64,000 bases of DNA from an uncultured Chloroflexia bacterium (GTDB lineage Bacteria > Chloroflexota > Limnocylindria > Limnocylindrales > CSP1-4): positions 160,001 through 224,000 of the forward strand of contig CAWHXD010000019.1 of assembly GCA_963833225.1 (NCBI GenBank), read 5' to 3'. A program made the translations under genes and the position numbers. The notes under the pieces are model-generated. The model saw nothing but the letters and a program-made list of their open reading frames with translations, ran no database searches and was not told where the DNA came from. Positions 56,833-64,000 of the stretch are shown here, piece after piece; position 1 is the first letter of the stretch, and every line of letters begins with the position of its first letter.

Positions 56833-57477
56833 TCAGGCGCCGGCCACGTCGCGGATGAGCTTCGTGACGAGATCGACCGGCGCGCCGAAGAACACGTGAT
56901 GGCGCAGCTGCCCCTCGCGGTCGACGAGGTAGCTGTCGGTGGAGTGGGCCATCGCGTAGCCGTTGGCCGAGTCCGAGGGCAGCCGCGCGTAGGTGACGCC
57001 CCAGGCCGCGGCGGCAGCGGCGATCTCGTCCGCGGTCCCGGTGAGCCCGATGTAGCCCATCCCGTAGGAGTCGACGTACTGCTTCATCGCCGCCGCGTCG
57101 TCCCGGGCAGGATCGACGGTCACGAACACCACGGTGGCGTCCACGCCGGAAGCCTTGATCGCGGCCCGGAGATCCGCGAGCGTCGTGGGGCAGACGTCGG
57201 GGCAATGGGTGTAGCCGAAGTACACGAACACCGAGTGACGACGCAGGCTCGCGAGGTCGAACGGCCGGCCATCCTGGTCGGTGAGGTGCAGGGCAGGCGC
57301 CGGACGCGGCGGGTCGTAGGCGGTGTCGCGGTTGCCCAGCGGCGCCTGGGTCACCGCCTCCACCCAGACGGGCGAGACGGTGCCGCCGGGCGTCGCCACG
57401 CATGCCGAGACGATGACGGCGACGAAGGCCAGGATCGCGATGATCCGTGCGCACCGTGCGCCCCGCGGGTTCGACAC
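56833..57477 (-). CDS. SCO-family copper chaperone
   Basis: FGYTHCPDVCP, TVDPARD, MAHS. Confidence 0.92.
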   Translation of the reverse strand: MSNPRGARCARIIAILAFVAVIVSACVATPGGTVSPVWVEAVTQAPLGNRDTAYDPPRPAPALHLTDQDGRPFDLASLRRHSVFVYFGYTHCPDVCPTTLADLRAAIKASGVDATVVFVTVDPARDDAAAMKQYVDSYGMGYIGLTGTADEIAAAAAAWGVTYARLPSDSANGYAMAHSTDSYLVDREGQLRHHVFFGAPVDLVTKLIRDVAGA

Positions 57478-57479
57478 GG

Positions 57480-58274
57480 TCAGTCCCAGCGGAAGCGGCG
57501 GGCGGCGAGGACCGCGAACGCGACGGCCCACGCGGCGAGCAGGACGAGTGGCTCGGTGGCGTCGCCGGGGCCGCCGAGCCCGATCGTGAGCACCTGCGTG
57601 AGCGTCGCCGGGGGCAGCCCGGACGCGAGGGTGGCCACGGGGCCGGGAAGACGGTCGAGCGGGAGCACGATGCCGCCCAGCACGAGGGACACCAGGAACA
57701 GCAGGTTGGTCAGCGCGAGCGTCGCCTCGGCGCGAAGGGTGCCGGCCATGAAGAGGCCGAGGCCGGCGAACGCCACGGTGCCGGCCACGAGCCCGACAGC
57801 GACCAGCGGCAGGGACACGCCGGGGCCGGCCGTCCAGCCGAGGAGCAGGGCGATCACGAGGAGCAGCACGACCTGGATCGCCTCCACGACGATCACCGCG
57901 GCCGTCTTGGACGCGACCACCGCCGAGGCGCCGGCGGGCGACCCACCGAGGCGCTTGATGACCCCGTAGGCGCGCTCGAACCCGGTGGCGATCGCCAGCG
58001 AGACCATCGACGCGGCGATCACGGCGAGCGCGATGGACCCCGGCAGCATCCGGTCAACGGGGCTCCCGGCCTCGGTTCCACCCCCCGTGTCGAACGCGCT
58101 GAACACGAGCAGCACCCCGGCCGGGATCACGAACGTGACCAGCAGGCTCTCGGCGCGCCTCGCCGCGAGACGGAGCTCGTTCAACGTGAGCGCGAGCGCC
58201 ATCCGGAGCCATGACGCCGGCTGTGCCGGTGTCCCGCTGCCCGGGAGCCGGCCGGACGTGTCCATCGCGCTCAT
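57480..58274 (-). CDS. ABC-2 type permease
   Basis: ATGFERAYGVIKRLG; six TM helices. Confidence 0.85.
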   Translation of the reverse strand: MSAMDTSGRLPGSGTPAQPASWLRMALALTLNELRLAARRAESLLVTFVIPAGVLLVFSAFDTGGGTEAGSPVDRMLPGSIALAVIAASMVSLAIATGFERAYGVIKRLGGSPAGASAVVASKTAAVIVVEAIQVVLLLVIALLLGWTAGPGVSLPLVAVGLVAGTVAFAGLGLFMAGTLRAEATLALTNLLFLVSLVLGGIVLPLDRLPGPVATLASGLPPATLTQVLTIGLGGPGDATEPLVLLAAWAVAFAVLAARRFRWD

Positions 58275-59251
58275 GCCGCACCCTCGCCTTGCGCGGCCAC
58301 GTCTTCACCGACCAGCTCCAGGTAGCGTTCCTCGAGGCTGGCCGCGCCGAGACGCAACTCCGTGATGAGCAGCCCGCGCTCCGCGCACCAGCCAGCCAGC
58401 GTCGTCACGAGCTGCGGATCGGGGTCGGCCGCAAGACCGGTCAGCTCGTACTCGAAGCCGGCGCCATCCGGCACCAGGGTCGCCTTCCCGGACGGGTCGA
58501 CCGCTCGCACGAGCGCCACGCCATCGCCATCGGCAAGCGGTGCCGAGAGCCGGAAGCGGACGCGGGCGGTGCCGGTCCCGGTGAGCTCGGCCGGTGTCCC
58601 GTAGGCGACGACCCGGCCGCGGTCGAGGATCGCGACATGGTCCGCAAGCCGCTCCACGTCACCCAGCTCGTGGGTGGTGAGCAGGATCGTGGTGCCGGCG
58701 GCGCGCAGCGCGGCGATCCGCTCCCGGGTCGCCTGCTTGGCCGCCGGGTCCATGCCCGCGGTGGGCTCGTCGAGCACCAGCAGCTCGGGCCGGCCGAGGA
58801 GGGCAAGCGCAAGCCCCAGGCGCTGCTTCTCACCGCCCGAGAGGCGGCGGTAGCGGGTGCCGGCCGCGCGGTCGAGATCCACGGCGCGGAGCAACGCGTC
58901 GGGGTCCTCCGCGTCCCGGAAGAACCGGGCGTAGAGGTGTAGGACCTCGCGCGGCGTGGAGCGGTTGTCGACCCCGCCTTCCTGGAGCATCAGGCCGATC
59001 CTCGGGCGCAGCGCCCGGCCGTCTCGTGCCGGGTCCAGACCCAGCACCCGGACCGACCCGCCGTCGGCACGCCGGTACCCCTCCAGGATCTCGACGGTGG
59101 TCGTCTTGCCGGCGCCATTGGGCCCGAGCAGGGCCAGCAGCTCACCCTGCCGGACGTGGAACGAGACGTTCTCGAGGACGTCTCGCTGCCCGTACGCCTT
59201 GCGGACGCCGTCCACGGCGATGGCCATCGCCGGGTCCACGATCCTCGTCAC
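58271..59251 (-). CDS. ABC transporter ATP-binding protein
   Basis: GPNGAGKTT, LSGGEKQ, LDEPT. Confidence 0.92.
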   Translation of the reverse strand: MTRIVDPAMAIAVDGVRKAYGQRDVLENVSFHVRQGELLALLGPNGAGKTTTVEILEGYRRADGGSVRVLGLDPARDGRALRPRIGLMLQEGGVDNRSTPREVLHLYARFFRDAEDPDALLRAVDLDRAAGTRYRRLSGGEKQRLGLALALLGRPELLVLDEPTAGMDPAAKQATRERIAALRAAGTTILLTTHELGDVERLADHVAILDRGRVVAYGTPAELTGTGTARVRFRLSAPLADGDGVALVRAVDPSGKATLVPDGAGFEYELTGLAADPDPQLVTTLAGWCAERGLLITELRLGAASLEERYLELVGEDVAAQGEGAA

Positions 59252-59751
59252 GGCCGGATCTTGGCGTACTGGGTATCGAAGTCGGAGGGTTGGACCTCGC
59301 CGATCTGGATCCCCCGCACCACCCCGTCCTTGTCGATGAAGTACGTCTGGGGCGGTGCCACGACGCGGTAGGCCGCCGCGAGCGAGCCGTCCGGGTCATC
59401 GACCGTGGGCCATGTTGCCGCCTGGTCATCGAGGAACCGCTGTGCCAGCGCGGGCTCGTCCTTGTACAGCACGCCGATGATCTTGAGCCCGTCGCTGGGT
59501 CCCAGCGCCGCGAGGCGCTCCTTGAACAGCGGGAACTCCTGCCGGCACGGCATGCACCAGGACGCCCAGAAGTTGATGATCACCGGCGTTCCGCGCAGTG
59601 CGGCGAGGTCAACCGTCGACCCGTCGATCGCGGTCCCCACCACCGGTGGCGCCTGCTGGCCGGTCCGGGCGCCCGAGGGCTGGCCGGGTCCGCAGGCCGT
59701 GACCACGAGCAGCACGACCATGAGCGGGGCGAGGAGGCGGCTTCGGATCAC
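59248..59751 (-). CDS. TlpA/CcmG-family thiol-disulfide oxidoreductase
   Basis: Lipobox VTAC, NFWASWCMPC, PQTYFID. Confidence 0.9.
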   Translation of the reverse strand: MIRSRLLAPLMVVLLVVTACGPGQPSGARTGQQAPPVVGTAIDGSTVDLAALRGTPVIINFWASWCMPCRQEFPLFKERLAALGPSDGLKIIGVLYKDEPALAQRFLDDQAATWPTVDDPDGSLAAAYRVVAPPQTYFIDKDGVVRGIQIGEVQPSDFDTQYAKIRP

Positions 59752-59836
59752 TCCTTGATCGTAGGTCACAACCGCGGGACGCGCGGCCCGCACCGCGTGA
59801 TCGGCGAAGCGTGACCAGCTGGCCCCGGAGCTACAC

Positions 59837-60652
59837 CTACGGCGTGCCGCCGCTGGCGCCCGGAGCCGCCGAGGCACCGGGGGCCGCGCTGGCCGTGGCC
59901 GACGCGTCGGGCGATCCGCCCATGAGGCCGGACGAGAAGAGCAGCGCGAACGCCACCAGGATCGCGAGCACCGCGAAGGTTCCGCTGGGCCAGGCCGGGG
60001 CCCCGCCAAGATCGAGGTGCCCGCTGGTATCGGCCGCCTCGGTCGCGGTGTACTCCCTGCGGGCGTCCCTCAACCAGCCGAGCATCGTGATCGCGACCGC
60101 CGCGATGCCGAGCAGCAGGGCCCAGCCGCCCACGACCATCCCGGCCACGAGCATGGTGAGCGCGACGGAGATCAGCAGCGGGCGAAAGGACGGCGGCGGG
60201 ATATGGACGCCAACGGGTGGCGTGCCGGCCGGTGCCGGCAGGGCACCGCGGGCCACCGCGGCGCCGCCCACACCGGCCACCGCGGCGTGGTCGAAGTTCC
60301 GCATCTCCTCGCGCCCCCAGTAGAGCAGCGTGACCACCAGGATGATCACGCCAACCCCGAGCCAGATCCCGCCCGCCACCATGCCGAACACGAGGAAGAA
60401 CAGCCCGGCCGCCGCGAGCAGCGGTGCGAACGAGGGGCCGGGCAGGTGGATCCCGGCGGGCGTGGCCGGTGGCAGGCGCCGCTTGCCGCGTCGCGTCGGA
60501 CCGGCCGTTGCGAAGCGGTACACGGTCCACGACAGGTACAGGAACACGAGGGCCGCCAGCCCGAACGGGATCAGCGCGATCAGGGCGCCCCAGTCCGGGA
60601 CGATGAACTGCTTGCTGAAGTCAACGATGCCGTTGACGAGCTCCTCGATCAT
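59837..60652 (-). CDS. Cytochrome c oxidase subunit 4 (CtaF)-like membrane protein
   Basis: Two repeats GIHLPGPSFAPL / GVHIPPPSFRPL, each followed by two TM helices; position in the oxidase operon. Confidence 0.65.
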   Translation of the reverse strand: MIEELVNGIVDFSKQFIVPDWGALIALIPFGLAALVFLYLSWTVYRFATAGPTRRGKRRLPPATPAGIHLPGPSFAPLLAAAGLFFLVFGMVAGGIWLGVGVIILVVTLLYWGREEMRNFDHAAVAGVGGAAVARGALPAPAGTPPVGVHIPPPSFRPLLISVALTMLVAGMVVGGWALLLGIAAVAITMLGWLRDARREYTATEAADTSGHLDLGGAPAWPSGTFAVLAILVAFALLFSSGLMGGSPDASATASAAPGASAAPGASGGTP

Positions 60653-60662
60653 CGCTGGCGCA

Positions 60663-60845
60663 TCAGCTCCGCTGCAGGCCGGCGATCAGGACGTAGGCCA
60701 TGATGGCCGTCGCCACGCCGAGGGCGATCAGCATCGTGAATCCGGCGTAGTCGAAGATCCCGCCAAGGACGGTCGGGGCCGCCCAGTAGAAGCCCGCGAT
60801 GGCCAGGAACACCAGCCCGACCAGGGCCGCGCGCCGGGGGTTCAT
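60663..60845 (-). CDS. Small two-TM protein in the oxidase operon
   Basis: MNPRRAALVGLVF...DYAGFTMLIALG; RBS GGGAG. Confidence 0.6.
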   Translation of the reverse strand: MNPRRAALVGLVFLAIAGFYWAAPTVLGGIFDYAGFTMLIALGVATAIMAYVLIAGLQRS

Positions 60846-60864
60846 CTGACAGCTCCCTTCCGCG

Positions 60865-61542
60865 CTACAGCAGGTACAGGATCGAGAACAGCAGGATCCA
60901 GACGACGTCCACGAAGTGCCAGTAGAGCGAGGTCGCCTCGACCATGTCGTGGTGCCTGGCGCTGAACTGGCCCGCCATCCCACGGTACACGACCACCCCG
61001 AGCATCAGGACGCCGCCGAACACGTGGGCGCCGTGGAAGCCCGTGAGGGTGAAGTACGTGGTGCCGAAGGTGGTCGCCCCCATCGTGAGGCCCTCGTGCA
61101 TCAGCACGCTGTAGTCGTAGGCCTGCATCAGCAGGAAGGTGATGCCCATCACCAGGGTCACGGCGAACGCGCGCACGAACCCTGTCCGGTCACCCCGCTG
61201 GATCGCCCACACGCCGATCTGGCAGGTGACCGAGGACAGGACGAGGACGATCGTCGCCGGCAGGATGACGTTGAGCGCACCGGACTCGGTCACGAACTGG
61301 AACGGGTTGAGGAGCCCCTGGTAGGCGGTGGGGGGCCAGGTCGGCGTGGTCACCCCGTTGATGACCTCGGTGTAGCCCGCCCGGATCGAGAAGTAGGCCG
61401 CGAACAGGCCCGCGAAGAACATCACCTCGCTGGTGATGAACAGCAGCATCCCGAGGACCGGGTTCCCGAGCCCCCCGGAGCCATGGGCATCCGCGGCGTG
61501 GATGTCGCCGGGCGCGGCGAGGGTGGTGGCGTCGGCCGTCAT
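60865..61542 (-). CDS. ctaE: Cytochrome c oxidase subunit III
   Basis: FITSEVMFF, TGFHGAHV, YWHFVDVVW. Confidence 0.95.
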   Translation of the reverse strand: MTADATTLAAPGDIHAADAHGSGGLGNPVLGMLLFITSEVMFFAGLFAAYFSIRAGYTEVINGVTTPTWPPTAYQGLLNPFQFVTESGALNVILPATIVLVLSSVTCQIGVWAIQRGDRTGFVRAFAVTLVMGITFLLMQAYDYSVLMHEGLTMGATTFGTTYFTLTGFHGAHVFGGVLMLGVVVYRGMAGQFSARHHDMVEATSLYWHFVDVVWILLFSILYLL

Positions 61543-61555
61543 CGTCCCTCCTCCG

Positions 61556-63193
61556 TCAGTGGGCCGTCGTCCGGCCGTGCCGGGCGTCAAAGACCGGGCG
61601 CTCCGAGCGGATCTCGGGCAGGCGGTCGAAGTTGTAGGGCGGCGGCGGCGACGAGGTCGCCCATTCGAGGGTGTTTCCCTGCCACGGGTCGTCGCCCGCG
61701 ATCTTGCCGCCGCGCAGCGAGATCAGCACGTTCCACAGGAACGGCAGCACGCTGAAGGCGATGATGAAGCCCCCGATCGTGGCCGCCAGGTTGAGCTCGG
61801 TCCAGCCCGCGTTCGACGCGTACTGCGCGATGCGCCGGGGCATGCCGGCGAGGCCCAGCTGGTGCATCGGGAAGAAGGTCAGGTTGAAGCCGATGAACAT
61901 GATCACGAAGTGGATCTTGCCCAGCGACTCGTTGAGCATCCGCCCGGTCATCTTGGGGAACCAGTAGTAGAGGCCGGCGAACACCCCGAACACGGAGCCG
62001 CCGAACAGCACGTAGTGCAGGTGCGCCACCACCCAGTAGGTGTCGTGGAGCGCAAAGTCCACGGGCACGGCCGCCGAGAAGGCACCGTTGAGCCCGCCGA
62101 TCAGGAACATGGTGAGGAACCCGACCGCGAACAGCAGCGGCGTCGAGAAGGTCAGCTTGCCGCGCCACAGGGTCGCGATCCAGTTGAACATCTTCACGCC
62201 CGTTGGCACCGCGATCAGGAACGTCATCAGGCTGAAGAACGGCAGGAACACCGCACCCGTCGTGAACATGTGGTGCGCCCACACGGAGAAGCCCAGGGCG
62301 CCGATCCCGACCGTGGCGAACACGAAGGCCTTGTACCCGAACAGGGGCTTGAGCGAGAACACCGGCAGGACCTCGCTGATGATCCCCATCGCGGGCAGGA
62401 TCATGATGTAGACCGCCGGGTGCGAGTAGAACCAGAACACGTTCTGGTACAGGACGGCGTTGCCGCCGTTGGCGGGATCGAAGAAGTGGCCGCCGTAGTT
62501 GCGGTCGATGAACAGCATGATCAGGGCGCTGGTCAGGACCGGCGTCGCCATCAGGACCAGCACGCTGGTCACCAGGATGGTCCACACCATGATCGGCATC
62601 CGGAACAGGGTCATGCCCGGCGCGCGCATCTTGAAGATCGTGACCATGAAGTTGATCGCGCCCAGGATGGAGCTGGTTCCGATCAGGGTCAGGCCCATGA
62701 TCCAGAGGTCCGTGCCGGTGCCGCTGTACTGCGCGCCGGACAGCGGCGGGTACTCGGTCCAGCCCGAGGCCGCCGCCCCACCCGAGGCCAGGAAGCCCGA
62801 GGCCATCAGGGCGCCGCCCAGCGGGAGCAGCCAGAAGGAGAGGGCGTTGATCCTCGGGAAGGCCATGTCCGGGGCGCCGATCATGAGCGGGACGGCGTAG
62901 TTCCCGAAGCCGGCCAGGATCGGGATGATGAACAGGAACAGCATGAACGAGGCGTGCATCGTGAACGCCTGGTTGTAGAACTCCGCGCTGACCAGCCCGC
63001 CCATCGTGGTCGCGTCGGCCGGGATCGCAAGCTGGAGCCGCACGACCAGCGCCAGGGTCCCCCCGGCCAGGAAGAACACGAACGAGTTGATCAGGTACAT
63101 GATCCCGATCTTCTTGTGATCGGTCGTCGTGAGCCACTCGTAGAGGCCGCCGCGAACGGCGGGAGCAGCTGGGTTGAGGGTCGTGGTGGCCAT
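61556..63193 (-). CDS. ctaD: Cytochrome c oxidase subunit I (A2-type)
   Basis: TTDHKKIG, YSHPAVY (A2 signature), WAHHM, VAHLHY, GMPRR. Confidence 0.97.
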   Translation of the reverse strand: MATTTLNPAAPAVRGGLYEWLTTTDHKKIGIMYLINSFVFFLAGGTLALVVRLQLAIPADATTMGGLVSAEFYNQAFTMHASFMLFLFIIPILAGFGNYAVPLMIGAPDMAFPRINALSFWLLPLGGALMASGFLASGGAAASGWTEYPPLSGAQYSGTGTDLWIMGLTLIGTSSILGAINFMVTIFKMRAPGMTLFRMPIMVWTILVTSVLVLMATPVLTSALIMLFIDRNYGGHFFDPANGGNAVLYQNVFWFYSHPAVYIMILPAMGIISEVLPVFSLKPLFGYKAFVFATVGIGALGFSVWAHHMFTTGAVFLPFFSLMTFLIAVPTGVKMFNWIATLWRGKLTFSTPLLFAVGFLTMFLIGGLNGAFSAAVPVDFALHDTYWVVAHLHYVLFGGSVFGVFAGLYYWFPKMTGRMLNESLGKIHFVIMFIGFNLTFFPMHQLGLAGMPRRIAQYASNAGWTELNLAATIGGFIIAFSVLPFLWNVLISLRGGKIAGDDPWQGNTLEWATSSPPPPYNFDRLPEIRSERPVFDARHGRTTAH

Positions 63194-63207
63194 CCCTGCG
63201 TGCTCCC

Positions 63208-64000
63208 TTACTGCACCGTGAGGGTGCCGGTCATGTTCGCGTGGATTGTGCACACGAACGGATAGGTGCCCGCCGCGAGTGCAGGAACCGCGTAGGTGAT
63301 CTCCTGGCCGCCGTCGATCACCTTGCCCTCGAAGACCACGGCGCCCGAGGCGTCCTTGATCTCGATGTCGTGGGTGACGCCCGCGACGTCGAGGTTCGCG
63401 AAGTGGATCGAGAATGGCGTGTTGGCCGGCGCGGACAGGGCCTTGGTGGTGAACTCGACGTTCTGCGCGGCCGCCTCGATCGTCGGCCCGGCGGCCTCGC
63501 CGGACGGGGCGGGCGTCGGGGTCGCGCTGGCCGCGGCGATCTCCTTGGCGAGCCACGCCTGGAAGTCGGCTTCGGGCAGCGCATGGACCTCGAACACCAT
63601 CGAGCCGTGGAAGGGTCCGCACAGCTCGGCGCACTGCCCGCGGTAGGTGCCGGGCTCGTCCACCGTGAAGTCGAAGGCGTTGGTCTTGCCCGGCACGACG
63701 TCCCGCTTGAACAGGAACTTGGGGACATAGAACGCGTGGATGACGTCAGCGCTGGTCAGGGTGATGTGGACCGGCTTGCCGACCGGCAGCACGAGACCGC
63801 CGTCCTCGCCCACGGGCAGCAGCTGGCTGAACAGGATCTTGGCGTTCGGCCCGTCGGGCCCGTCGAGGTAGTCGAACCGCCACTGGAAGCGCGCGGCGAC
63901 CGCACGCACGTTGAGGTCCGTGGGGGTCTTGGCCTCGACCGTGTTGAGGGTCTGCCAGGTCAGGGCGAACAGGAACAGGACGATCGCGGTGGGGATCGCC
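63208..64000 (-). CDS. ctaC: Cytochrome c oxidase subunit II with C-terminal cupredoxin domain (5' end outside the window)
   Basis: CuA ligands VIHAF...CAELCGPFHGSM, then THDI...CTIHANM. Confidence 0.95.
   Translation of the reverse strand, partial: AIPTAIVLFLFALTWQTLNTVEAKTPTDLNVRAVAARFQWRFDYLDGPDGPNAKILFSQLLPVGEDGGLVLPVGKPVHITLTSADVIHAFYVPKFLFKRDVVPGKTNAFDFTVDEPGTYRGQCAELCGPFHGSMVFEVHALPEADFQAWLAKEIAAASATPTPAPSGEAAGPTIEAAAQNVEFTTKALSAPANTPFSIHFANLDVAGVTHDIEIKDASGAVVFEGKVIDGGQEITYAVPALAAGTYPFVCTIHANMTGTLTVQ

Noticed and set aside
1-64000. CRISPR arrays, rRNA, transposases and known defence systems
   Set aside because: No repeat-spacer arrays or diagnostic motifs were seen in the window.

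Overview
Very GC-rich bacterial chromosomal window. The gene style and the FMN-riboswitch RibXY-type transporter suggest Chloroflexota, but taxonomy is inference. (1) 0-7 kb: housekeeping and hypothetical genes (YbaK, thiamine diphosphokinase, Bcp, PIG-L) with two intergenic candidate structured RNAs that have their own promoters and C6 loops. (2) 7.1-13.6 kb: an unusual Rieske/cytochrome b6-type operon headed by a GltD/NfnB-like flavo-iron-sulfur oxidoreductase and ending in a cytochrome c-cupredoxin fusion and a Kelch protein. (3) 13.6-23 kb: GH25 lysozyme, PLP enzyme, FGGY kinase and an FMN riboswitch-controlled ABC transporter. (4) 24-27 kb: tRNA-Lys(UUU) with a duplicated upstream region plus 5' half bracketing a 1.8-kb integrase-less islet, and an Ltp-family gene. 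(5) initiator tRNA-Met, then at 34-47 kb a LacI regulon defined by four TAGAGCGCTCTA-type operators. It joins a sugar ABC transporter, IolG-like dehydrogenase, two P450s with a PDR/VanB-type reductase, a corrinoid protein with a UroD-like partner, a Hyi-like isomerase and a PanB paralogue: a candidate methylated-sugar/cyclitol demethylation system. (6) 48-54 kb: GntR-controlled split molybdenum hydroxylase. (7) 56-64 kb: A2-type heme-copper oxidase operon whose subunit II has a cupredoxin tail, with Sco/PCuAC/TlpA assembly genes. Many genes at 23-25, 34-40 and 50-56 kb carry single-base frameshifts, probably sequencing errors. No database search was run; all family calls come from motif recognition.
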